A DNA stretch of 64,000 bases from assembly GCA_965263035.1 (NCBI GenBank), contig OZ253580.1, positions 96,001 through 160,000 of the forward strand, given 5' to 3'. This stretch comes from Acidobacteriota bacterium. GTDB lineage: Bacteria; Acidobacteriota; UBA6911; RPQK01; JAJDTT01. The translations under genes were made by a program, and so were the position numbers. The notes beneath the pieces are model-generated. The model worked only from the letters and a program-made list of their open reading frames with translations. It made no database searches and was not told the origin of the DNA. Shown here one piece after another: positions 20,410 through 32,600 of the stretch; position 1 is the stretch's first letter, and every line of letters begins with the position of its first letter.

Positions 20410-20691
20410 CTACCACCGGGAACCGGGTTCAAGAGACTCCTGACGGCTCCGACCTCGCCCTGGTATCTCATCTTTGACCAAGCTCCAGAACACGGTCTGT
20501 TTGCCCTTCATGCGCCGTCTCAATCGCCCTGGTCCGGCCAGTTCGTTCAACACACTGGTGATGGTGTCGTTTTTGCCCTCGATGTCTTCTCGCAACTCTC
20601 TAGTGGAGATCTTCTCCGCCTCGTTCGCCTCCAAGTAAGTTCGGATTTCCTTTTTGATTCGTGCATGGATTCTGCGGCTGACGCCCTCCAT
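20410..20691 (-). pseudogene. Winged-helix-like fragment, possibly the C-terminus of a replication protein
   Basis: ISTRELREDIEGKNDTITSVLNEL...G.L helix pattern; abuts the giant gene stop with no gap; followed by a GGTTCCC...GGGAACC inverted repeat. Confidence 0.35.
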
Positions 20692-23600
20692 CTATTCTCG
20701 GGAAGTCATGTCTTGCACCGGCACGACCGGCAGGGTGGTGAAGATCCGGTTTCCCGTGTCCAGCTCCACCGCGACTCCGGTGAACATTTCCTCCCCGAGA
20801 GCCGTGCACCGGACCGAGCCCACGAAGTCCCTCGTCTCCGTCCTCGCGAACACCTCTTCGATGAACCGGGCATCCTGGGCGCGTCCGTTGAGGGGGATGT
20901 CGACCCATTCCAACTCCTCGCCTCCCCTCATCAACCAGCAGCGTACGGTCGTCCGTTCCGCTCCCAGGTTCCGGATTGCCGCCGCCGTCCGAATGCCTCC
21001 CGCCTGCCGGCGCGCCGGGAACAAAGCGTCCGACGTCGGTTGACTCACGCCCACTCCAGCGACTCCCACACCCGGAATGTCGAAGCGCAACACTCCACCG
21101 AGGGGTCCGTTCGCTACCACCCGCACCGATCCCGTCACCACCTCGCCCCGCCCATGGGTCGAGATCGTCCGCTCGCCCAGACGAGCCATCGCGGTTCGTA
21201 GGGTCAGACTTCCGTCCTCTCGCACCACCAGATCCTCTCCCACCTCCACCATCGATTCCGGTTCCAGAAGTTCTCCCGTCCGATCGTAGAAGTAGATGGC
21301 GGGGCGGGCCGTTGACGCCGCCACGTTCACCAGCACCAAGTCGGACCTGATCAAGGTCCCGTCGCCGGAAGTGCCATTGGCGAAGTGCGCGAACGTCAGG
21401 GTCGTTTCTTCCTCTTCTCCGCCCTCCGGACCCACCGGCACCACCGGCAGCGTGGTGAAGATCCGGTTGCCCGAGTCCAGCTCCACCGCCACTCCGGTGA
21501 ACGACTCCCCGGCCGGGACCGTACAACGCACCGACCCCACGAAGTCCGTCGTGTCCGTCTCCGTGAACAGCTCCTCGATGAACCGGGCGTCCTGCCCGTT
21601 GGCGCTGAGTTTGATCTCCCTCTCTTCCAGCACTCTGCCGTTCTTCATCAACCGGCACTGCACGCCGACGTCCTCCGTTCCCAGGTTGTGGATGGCCGCC
21701 GCCGTGCGGATCCCTCCCGCTTGGCGCCGGGCCGGAAACAGAGCGTCCCCGGTAGCTTCGCTGGCGCCCACGCCGGCCACCCCGATCCCCGGGATGTCGA
21801 ACCGGACCACTCCTCCGATGGGGCCGTCCGAGACCACCCGCACCGATCCCGTCACCACCTCGCCCCGGCCGTGGGTCGAGATCGTCAACTCGCCCAAGGG
21901 CGCCACCTCGGTTCCGGGCGACACTCCGCCGTCTGCTTCCACCTCCAGATCCTCCCCCACGTCCACCACCGATTCGGCCTCCAGCAGATCTCCCGCCCGG
22001 TCGAAGAAGTAGATGACGGGCCGGATCTCGTGCTCGGCCACGTTCACCAACACCAGGTCGGAGGTGATGAGCACGTCGTTGCCCGAGACTCCGTTTCCGA
22101 AATGGGCGAACTCCAGGACCACCTCCTCGGCCAGGGGCGTGGCCTCGACGGCGTTGGACGGCGGACTGGGGCCGACCTCGTTCACCGCCCGAACTTCGAA
22201 GACGTAGGTCTGCCCGTTTCGCAGATCCGTGACGATGACGGTGAGATCCGTGGAGCCGATGGAGATCCATTCCCCGGTGCGGTCGATCCGGACTTCGTAG
22301 TCGGTGAGGTCGGAGCGGCCGTCGCTCTCGGGGGCCTCCCAGGAGAGGGTCACCTCGCCGTCGCCGGCTTCCGCCTGCAGTTTCAAGGGCGCCGTGGGCG
22401 CGGTTGGAGGAGGCGCGGGCGGCGGAGCCGGTCCTGGGCCGGGCCCCGGCGGCGGCGGCGGTGGAGGCGGCGGAGGCGGCGGAGGTGGTGGCGGAGGCGG
22501 GGCCGAGACTTCGTTGTCCTCGACCGTCACCCGGGCGCTCTGGGTCGAAGTGGGTCCCAGCCGGTACTCGTCTCCCGGCTGCAGCCGGGCGGTGACCCGG
22601 CTGGTGGATTCGGCGACATCGTCATCGTCGGTCAACACCTCCAACGTCGCCGTGTCCTGTCCGGTCCGGAACTCCACCTCGTCCGGCGGTTCGTACCCGC
22701 CCGAGGTCTCGATCATCGATCCCGTCTCCGTGACCTCCAGGCGCACCGTCAGCGCGGCCTCCGTCGGAGGCCCCCGCGTCAGGGTGAACTCCACGGGGCC
22801 AACTTCCGTGACCGTCTCGGATCCCTGCTTGGCTTCGATGGTGACCAGTGGCGGGTCCGCCCGTTGATCGGTCAACGCCTCCACCGCGTTACCCACCTCG
22901 TCCTGGATCGGGTCGAACCCGGGTGTATAGCTCACCCTTACCGTCTCGCCCGCCGCCACCGGTGAGATCAGCGTCAAGGTGACGCTGTTTCCTCTCACCC
23001 GGACCTGGATGACCGTCCGGTCATTCCCCTCCACCGTCACCGCGAAGTCGTCCCTGGCCGGCCTCGAGTCCTCATCCAACGCCTCGTCGTAGGTCAGCGC
23101 CACCCGCGAGCCATGCACCGTCACGCTCTGCAGTCCCGGCACGCTCGCGTCCACCTTGTGGTCCGCCTGCATCTCCACCTCGTCGTAACTCCGCGCAGCC
23201 GGGTTGTCCGACAGATCCAGGATCTTTCCCCCGTTGAGCGCGATACTCCCTCGCGGGACGCTCACGCCGTCCTCGTCTTCGTCCCCCTTCTCCACCGTGT
23301 AGACGAATACCACTGCGGTCCGCGCCGACCCCACACTGGCGCTGGCCCGCTTCCTCTGGTTCCCCACCAGCAGGTCCAGCGTCGGCGTCCCCCGCACCGT
23401 GTCAACCGTCACCGTCTCGTCGTAGCGCACCGTCACGGAGATCATGTCGTCGACCGCGTAGGTCTCGTCCGTCCCCGGGTCCGAGCTGATCTCGATCCCT
23501 TCGATCGATGGGGCCGTCGTGTCCGGCGTCCGGTTGTCTACGAACTCGTCCCGGAAGGCCTCGGCATCGTTGCCGATCGCGTCCTGGATCGGATTCGACC

Positions 23601-26600
23601 GCGACTCGTAGCCCACCCGGATCCCTGTCTCTCCGTACTCCGCCGCTGGACTCACCGTCAGCCGAACCTCACTCCCGGTCACCTGAACCCGGGTCACGGT
23701 GCGCGTCTCGTTGCCTCCCGCCACGGTGAAGTCGCTGGTCGCCGGCCGCGAAGAGGTGTTGAGCCGTTCGTTGTAGGTCAGCGTCAGCGTCGCGCCGTTG
23801 ACCACCGCCGGATCGGTCAGTGCCAGGACCGGGGCGACCGCGTCCACCTTGTGGCTTGAGCTGGCCGCCACCGCATTGTGGTCCAAGGTGGCGTCATTCT
23901 GTGCACCGTCGCGGATCATCCCGCCGCTTCGCGACAGCCCGTTCGCCTCGATGCTCACGCCGTCCTCGTCGTTGTCCCCAGTGACCACCCGGTAGGTGAA
24001 CTTCACCGCCCGGTTCGTGACGCTCTGGTACTCTGCCGTCTGGTCCCGGCTGCCCACGTTCAGGGTCAGTTCGGGCGTTCCCGTGATCACCAGCGTCTCG
24101 TCGAACGTCACCGTCACTTCGATGGTCTCGTCCACGCCGTAGGTCCGGTCCGACCCCGCACTCGAGGTGATCGCCACGGTGCTCACCGTCGGCCCCGTCG
24201 TGTCTCCCGTCTGGTTCGCGACGCTCCTGTTGCTCAACCGGTCCGCATCGTTGCCCGCCGTGTCCTGAATCGGATTCAATCCCGGCTGGTAGTTCACCCG
24301 GAGGCCGCTCTCTCCGTCCGTTACTGCCGAGCTCAGCGTCAGGAAAACGGCACTCCCGTCGACCCGAACTGCCCTGACCGTCCGCGTCTCGCTCCCTCCC
24401 GTCACGGTGAAGTCGTCCGTCGACGGTCTCGAAGAGGAATCCAGCGGCTCGCCGTAGGCCAGCGTCAGCGTCGTCCCGTTCACGACTGTCCCGTCGGACG
24501 TCGCCAGCACCGGCTTGACCCCATCCACCTTGTGGCTCGAATCGGCCGCCACCGGCGCGTGGTTCAGCACGGCGTTATTCTGGGCGCCGTCGCGGATCGT
24601 GCCGCTGGACAGGCGGTTCGCCTCGATCCTCACCCCGTAAGCAGCACTGTCCCCAGAAACCACTTTGTATTCGAACCTCACGTCGGCACCCGTGACGTCC
24701 TGGTAGTTGGCCGTCCGGCTCCGGCCGCCCACGTTCAGCGTCAACCGCGGCGTCCCCGTCACTAACACCGTCTCGTCAAACGTCACCGTCACTTCGATGG
24801 TCTCGCCGGCTGCATAAGTCTGATCCGACCCTGCGTTCGAGGTGATCCTCACCGTCTGCACCGTCGGCCCCGTCGTGTCTCCCGTCCGGTTCGTGACACT
24901 CTGATTGCTCAAAGCGACTGCGGCGTTGCCCACCACGTCCCGGATCGGGTTCGTTCCCGGCTGGTAGCTCAGCCGGAAGCCGAACTCTCCGTCTTGCACC
25001 GCCGGACTCAGCGTCAGGAGTACCGCGTTTCCGTTCACCTGCACCCGGGTGACCGTGCGCGTCTCATTCCCTCCCGTCACGGTGAAGGCGCTCGCCGCCG
25101 GTCTCGAGGACGAGTTCAGCGGCTCGCTGTAGGCCAGCGTCAGCGTCGTTCCGTTCACCACCGCCCCGTCCGTCGTCGCCAGGCTGGGCTTGACCCCATC
25201 CACCTTGTGCCGCGAATCGGGCGCCACTGCTGCATGGGTCAACGTCGCGTCATTCCGGGCCCCGTCGCGGATCGTCCCGCTTCCTCGCGACAGGCTGTTT
25301 GCGTCGATGCTCACGCCGTCCCGGTCCCGGTCGCTCAAGACGACCTTGTACTCGAACTTGACGGTGGAGCCCGAGACGCTCAGGTATTCCGCCGTTCGAT
25401 TCTGTCCGCCTACGCTCAGCGTCAACCGCGGGGTCCCCGTCACCACCACCGTCTCGTTGAACGTCACGGCCACCTCGATGGAATCATCCACGGCGTAAGT
25501 TGAATCCGACCCCGTGCTCGAAGTGATCCTCACCATCTCGACCGTCGGTCCCGTCGTGTCTCCCGTGACGTTGGTGACCGAGCGGTTGCTCAACCGGTCC
25601 GCATCGTTGCCCGCCGTGTCCTGAATCGGATTCGATCCCGGCTCGTAGTTCACCCGGAGGCCGCTCTCTCCGTCCGTGACTGCCGAGCTCAGCGTCAGGA
25701 ATACGGCACTCCCGTCGACTCGGACTACCGTGACCGTCCGTGTCTCACTCCCTCCCGTCACGGTGAAGTCGTCCGTCGAAGGCACCGAAGACGAATCCAT
25801 AGGCTCGCCGTAGACCAGCGTCAGAGTCGTCCCGTTCACGACCGCTCCGTCGCTGCTCGCCAGCGTCGGCTTGACCCCGTCCACCTGGTGTTGAGAATCG
25901 GCCGCCACCGGCGCGTGGTTCAGCACGGCGTTATTCTGTGCGCCGTCCCGGATCGTGCCGCCGGACAGGCGATTCGCGTCGATCCTCACCCCATAAGCAG
26001 CACTGTCCCCAGAAACCACTTTGTATTCGAACCTCACGTCGGCACCCGTGACGTCCTGGTAGTTGGCCGTCCGGCTCCGGCCGCCCACGTTCAGCGTCAA
26101 CCGCGGCGGCGCCGTCACCACCACCGTCTCGTCAAACGTCACCGTGACCTCAATGAGATCATCCATCGCGTAGGTCTGATCCGACCCCGCATTGGAGGTG
26201 ATCCTCACCGTCTGCACGGTCGGCCCCGTCGTGTCTCCCGTGTTGTTGGTGACCGGTTCGTTGTTCAACTCCTCCGCGGCGTTGCCCACCGTGTCCTCGA
26301 TCGGGTTGTCCCCCGGCTGGTAGCGCAACCGGAGGCCGCTCTCTGTGTCCGTTACGGCCGGGTTCAACGTCAACAAGACCGAGTTTCCGCTCACCTGGAC
26401 CCGGGTCACCGTCCGCGTCTGACTGCCCCCGGTCACCGAGAAAGCGCTCGCCGCCGGTCTCGAGGAAGAGTTCAGTGGCTCGCTGTAAGCCAGCGTCAGC
26501 GTCGTCCCGTTCGCCACTGCTCCGTCGATAAGGGCCAGCATCGGGGGCACCCCGTCCACCTGATGCCGCGAATCGGCTGCCACCGCCGCGTGCTCCAACA

Positions 26601-29600
26601 CCGCGTCATTCTGGGCCCCGTCCCGGATCGTCCCTCCGCCTCGCGACAGGCGGTTCGCTTCGATGCTCACCCCGTCCCGGTCGCTGTCGCCCCGGACCAC
26701 CTGGTGCTCGAACTTGACGGTCGCACCCGTGACGCTCATGTAGCTCGCCGTTCGATTCCGGCCCCCCACGTTCAACGTCAACTGCGGCGTCCCCGTCACC
26801 ACCACCGTCTCGTTGAACGTCACCGTCACCTCGATCGCATCTTCAATCGCGTAGGTCCCATCCGACCCGGCATTCGAGGTGATCCTCACCATCTCCACCA
26901 CCGGTCCCGTGGTGTCTCCCGTCTGGTTGGTGACCGGCCGGTTGCTCAGGCCAGGCGCGGCATTGCCCCCCGTGTCCTGAATCGGATTCGCTCCCGTCCC
27001 CGTCGGCACCGTGTAGCTCACCCGGATCCCGGTCTCTCCGTGCTCCATCGGCGGATCCAGCGTCAACTCCACCGCGCTCCCACTCACCCGCACCCCGGTG
27101 ACCGTGCGCGTCTGGTTGCCCCCCGTCACCGTGAAGGCGCCCGTCGGCGGCACTGAGAACCGGTCCAGCTCCTCGCTGTAGGCCAGCGTCAGCGTCGCCC
27201 CGTTCACCACCGCAGAAGAAAACGCCGGCGCCGTATCGTCCACATCCTGAAGCCGGACGATGAAGTCCGCCTCCACGGGATTGAACCCGTCGGTGACCTG
27301 CACCCTGATTTCGTAGTCCCCGTCCCGATTGGCGTCGTCCGGACTCTCGTAGTCCTTCGCCGTCTTGAACGCGAGTTCGCCGTCGGACGTCAGCGTGAAC
27401 TTGCTCCGGTCCGCGCCTCCCGCCAGCTCCCACTCCAGATCTTCTACCCGGCCATCCGCGTCCGTGGCCGCCAGCGTCTCCACCTCCGTCTCGTTCTCCG
27501 CCACCAGAAGCGGAGGGGTCGTCGTAATTTCCGGTGCGAAGTCGTCATCGGTAATGGTGACCGTCTGCTGCGTGCCCACGGCCTCACGATTGTGAGTCGC
27601 CGTGATCAGGATCTCTTCATCGTTTTCGACGAGTTCGTCCTCCACCGCGGTGAGGGTGGTCGTCACCGAACTTCCACCCAGCGTGAGGGTGAGCCGCTCC
27701 GTTCCCACCGTGTAGTCCGTATCCTTCGCCGCAGTCCCTGCCCAGGACAGTCGGATCTCCTGATCCGCTGCGAAGGTGACACCGTTGGTGATTCTCACCG
27801 TCACCGTCGAGGTCCCCGCCGCCTCCACCATCGTCGACGGACCGACCTCCAGGGTCATCACCGGCTCATCGTCATCGTCGGTGACTGTCAGCGTCTTCTC
27901 GGACGGACCCGTCACCCCATGGTCGTTGCTGGCCCTCCCCGATACCCGAACCGTCCGGTCCGGCGCGTCCACATCGTTATCGTTGGCGCTGATCGTCACC
28001 GTCCCGATGCTGTCCGTCTCTCCCGCCAGAATGATCAGGTCCCGGTTCGTGCTCAGCCTGAAATCCTCCTCTGCCGCCGGACTCACCGGCGTCGCCGAGA
28101 CCGTCACCGTCGTCCTCTCACCCGAGGCCCGGCTCAGACTTGCCGTCACCGTGCTCGACTCCCCGTTCTCACCGATCGAGTCTGGCGACAACTCCAGCGT
28201 CACCGCGGGCGTTCCATCGTCATCCCTGATCGTCAGCGTCACGCCGGACGGACCCGTCACGCCCTGGTCGTTGGTCGACGTCCCGGACACCTGCACCGTC
28301 TTGTCGGGGGCGTCCACATCGTTGTTGTTGGCGCTGATCGTCACCGTCCCGGTGCTGCGTGTCTGACCTGCCTCGATCGTCAGCATCTGGTTGGTGCTGA
28401 CCGTGAAGTCCTCCGCCACCGCCGGACTCACCGGCGTCGCCGAGACCGTCACCGTCGTCGGCTCACTCGACACCCGGTCCAACCGCGCCGTCACCGTGCT
28501 CGACCCTCCGTTTTCACTGATCGAATACGATGTCAGCAACCAGGTCACCGTCGGGGCCGGCTCCGCCGGCTCCTCCATGAACGCCGCCGCCGCATTGCCC
28601 ACCTTGTCCTGAATCGGATTGAACCCCGGCGTATAGGTCACCGTCACCGCTTCGCCCGCCGCCACCGGCGAGGCCAGCCGCAGCGTGACCTTCTTTCCAC
28701 TCACTTGGACCTGGATCACCGCACGATCATTCCCCGCCACCGCCACCGTGAAGTCGGACCCCAAAGGCACCGAGCCCTCATCCAGCGCCTCGTCGTAGGT
28801 CAACGTCACCCGCGACTCATGCACCGTCACGCTCTCCCGCTCCGGCTCCACGCCGTCCACCCGGTGGCCCGCCTGCGCCGGCAATGCTTCATAACTCCGC
28901 GCCGCCAGATTGCCCGCCGAGTCCTCGATCCTGCCCCCGTTCAAGTCGATCCGGTCGGCAGCAATGCTCACCCCGTCCGGGTCCAGGTCCCCTTTCTCCA
29001 CCGTGTAGACGAACACCACCGTCGCCGATTCCGGACCGGCGCCGGCCCGGGCCGCCTTCCGCCGATTGCCCACCGTCAGATCCAGCGTCGGCGTCCCCTG
29101 CGTGGTGACCACCCTCACCGGCTCGTCGTAGCGCACCGTCACCTCGATCGCGTCCCCGGCCGCGTAGGTCTGGTCGGTCCCCGGGTTCGAGCTGAGCTCG
29201 ATCTCTTCCAACGCCGGCGCGGTCGTGTCCGGCGTCCGGTTGTCCACCCCCTGGTCCGTGAACGCCCCGGCGTCGTTGCCTGCCACGTCCTGGATCGGAT
29301 TCGACCCCGGCTGGTAGCTCACCCGGATCCCCGTCTCTTCGTGCTCCGCCGCCGGATTCACCGTCAGCTCCACCGCGCTCCCGCTCACCTGCACCCCGGT
29401 CACCGTTCGCGTCGCATTCCCGCCCGTCACCGTGTAGGCGCTCGTCGCCGGCCTCAACGACCCGTTCAACGGCTCGTCATAGGTCAGCGTCAGCGTCGAT
29501 CCGTTCATCGTCGCCCTGTCCATAGGGGCCAGACCCGGAGCCACGCCGTCCACCTTGTGCTCCGAATCGTCCCCGACCGCCGCGTGGTCCAGGATCGCGT

Positions 29601-32600
29601 TATTGCTGGCCCCGTCCCGGATCGACCCGGTGCCCCGCGACAGGCGGTTCGCCTCGATGCTCACTCCGTCCGGGTCGTTGTCGCCGACCCCCACTGCGTA
29701 TCCGAACCTTACGGCGGCCCCGGTGACGCTTTGGTACTCCGCCGTTCGATCCCCGCCGCCGACGTTCAAGATCAACTGCGGCATCCCCGTCACCACCACC
29801 GTCTCGTCGAAGGTTACGGTCACCTCGATGGTCTCGTCCACGCCGTAGGTTCGATCCGACCCGGCCCTGGAGGTGATCGCCACCGTCTCCACCGTCGGCC
29901 CCGTCGTGTCGCCCGTGCGGTTGGTGACCGACCGGTTGCTCAGGCCGGCCGCATCATTGCCCGCCCGGTCCTGAATCGGATTCGCTCCCGTCCCCGTCGG
30001 CACCGTGTAGCTCACCCGGATCCCCGTCTCTCCATCCTCTGCCGCCGGACTCACCGTCAGCGTTACCGCGCTCCCGTTCACCTGCACCCCGGTGACCGTC
30101 CGCGTCTGGCTGCCCCCGGTCACCATGAAGGCAGCGTTCGCCGGCACCGAAGACTCGTCCAGCACCTCGCTGTAAGCCAGCGACAGCATCGCTCCGTTCG
30201 CCACCGCCCCGTCAGTGGCGGCCAAGCTGGGCCCGACCCCGTCCACCTTCTGCTCCGCATCCGCCTCTACCGCCGGGTGGGTCCGGACGGCGCCGTTCCG
30301 CGCGGTGTCCCGGATCATTCCGCCGGATACGCTGTCCGCCTCGATGCTCACGCCGTCGGTGTCGCTGTCATTGACGACCACCGTGTAGGCGAACAGCACC
30401 TCCGCCCCGGTGACGCTTTCGTAGTTCGCCGATCGATCCCGCTCTCCCACCTTCAGCGTCACCCGGGGCGTCCCGGTCACCGTGACGGTCTCGCTGAAGG
30501 TCACCGTCACCTCGATCTCCTCGCCGATGCCGTAGACGTCCCGGCCGTCCGGGGGATCCGACGTGATCTCCACCGAGGTGACCGTCGGCGGGACCCGGTC
30601 CGGCGTCGCGTTCGTCACCGGCACGCCGCTCAATCCGTCCGCGTCGCTGCCCGCCGGGTCCTGAATCGGAGTCGCTCCCGGTCCCGCCGGGACCGCATAG
30701 ATCAGCCGGATCCCCGTCTCCCAGTGCTGCACTGCGGGAGTCACGGTCAATTCCACCGCACGCCCTCGAATCACGACACCGGAAACCGTGCGCGACCCGG
30801 CACCTCCGAACACGATGAAAGCGCTCGTCGTCGGCACCGAAGACGAGTCCAAAGTCTCGGTATAGGTCAGCGTCAGCGTCGCCGCGTCTACCACCGCCCC
30901 ATTGGTGGCCGCCAACTCCGGCCGGATCCCGTCCACCCTGTGCTGCGACTGGTTCCCCAGCGCCCGATGATCCAGATCGGCCTCGTTGTCCGAGCCGTCG
31001 TTGACCTCTCCTCCGTTGAGCGACAGGCTGTCCGCCGCGATGCTCACTCCGTTGGTGTCGAGGTCACCGGTCCCCACCTGGTAGCGGAACAACACCTCGG
31101 CATCCGTAACGCTCTGGTACTCCGCCGTTCGGTCCTGGTCCCCCACCCTCAGTGTCAACTGCGGCGTCCCCGTCACCACCACCGTCTCATCGAACGTCAC
31201 CGTCACCTCGATCGCCTCGCCGATCGCGTAGGTCCCGTCCGGCCCAGGATCCGAGGTGATCTCGATCATGCTGACCTCCGGCGCCGTCGTGTTTTCGGCG
31301 ATCCTGAGGATCCGGTCCTCGCCACCGCCGTTCGAAGTGGTCACATACAGGGCTCCGTCAGGGCCCATCATCGGGGTCCGCAGGCGACCGAAATCGCCGT
31401 CTAGTTCGGGTACGATGACCTGACTCACGAAGCCGCCGTCCGGAGTGAACTCGAAGAGGCGCAGCTTGCTGTCCCTCAGCGTGGCCACCGCCAGTCGTCC
31501 CTCCCAGACGCCCCAGTGTTCGCCCTCCAGGAAGATGCCCCCGCTGGTGGCCAGGGTCGGTAACCCCGAGGACCACTTGGCCTCGAAAGCGTCGGGGAAC
31601 TTTACTAGATCGGTCATGGGAACCTGTTCGTTGTAGCCGGGCACCGGATCCCAGCCGTAGTTGCGGCCGGCGACCAGCAGGTTGATCTCGTCGTCCTTCG
31701 ACGGTCCGTGCTCCACCGACCACATCTCGCTCGTGCCGGGGCGTAGCGCCAAGCCCTGCACGTTCCTGTGGCCATAGGTGTAGATCCGTGGCGATGAAGC
31801 GAACGGGTTTGTCGTCGCCCCGGCGCCCGTGGATGCGTCGACTCGAAGGACCTTCCCTCCGAGCGAGGTCAGATCCTGCGGAACCGTCCCCGCGGCCGCG
31901 TCGCCAGTCGCGATCCACAGATAGCCCTGCGGTCCGAAACGCAGCCGGCAGCCGCCGTGCCGGCCGCTGCCGGCGGGCAGACCCCCGACCAGGGGATCGG
32001 CGACTCGGGTGGCCTGGGTGTAGTCCGCATTGACGGTCCAGGTGATCACCTGTAGCTCCGGCCCGGAGTGGCCCTGGCAGGTATAAAAGCGCCGGCTCGA
32101 GGCAAAACTCGGATCGACGACGATGCCCATCAACCCCGTCTCTCCGATGGCGAACAAGTCGCTGAAATCGGCGGTGACGGTCTGGACCGTTCCGTCGGTA
32201 AGCCGACTGCTCAGCACGCCTGACCGCTCGGTGAACAGCATCGTCCCGTCGGGCGCGAAGGCGATGCCCCAAGGGATGGACAGCCCGGAGACGAGGGTGT
32301 CAACCTGGAGATCGAGCGGGGCGATCTCGCTGCTGCTTATCCCCTGCGCCTGCTTGCCGGAATCATGCCCGTCGTCGTAGGACACCGTGGCTCGCAGGTA
32401 CATTTCCTGGTCGCCGCTGGACGGCGTGTAGCGGGCCGACGTAGCGCCGCTTATGTTCGTCCAGCCCGTGCTCCGCTCCGAAGACCTAGCCCATTGCCAG
32501 GCCGCGCTGCTCACACCACCATCTGGGTCGCTCAACCTCGCCCCGATGGCAGCTCCCACCTGCGAGAAGCTGACCGTTCCGGCTTCCTCCACGTTGCGCA

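Noticed and set aside
22404-22500. GGC/GGA triplet run
   Set aside because: Encodes the poly-proline linker of the adhesin; not a separate element.
27592-31404. 1270-aa and other plus-strand ORFs within the giant gene
   Set aside because: Arg/His-rich antisense artefacts of biased codon usage.
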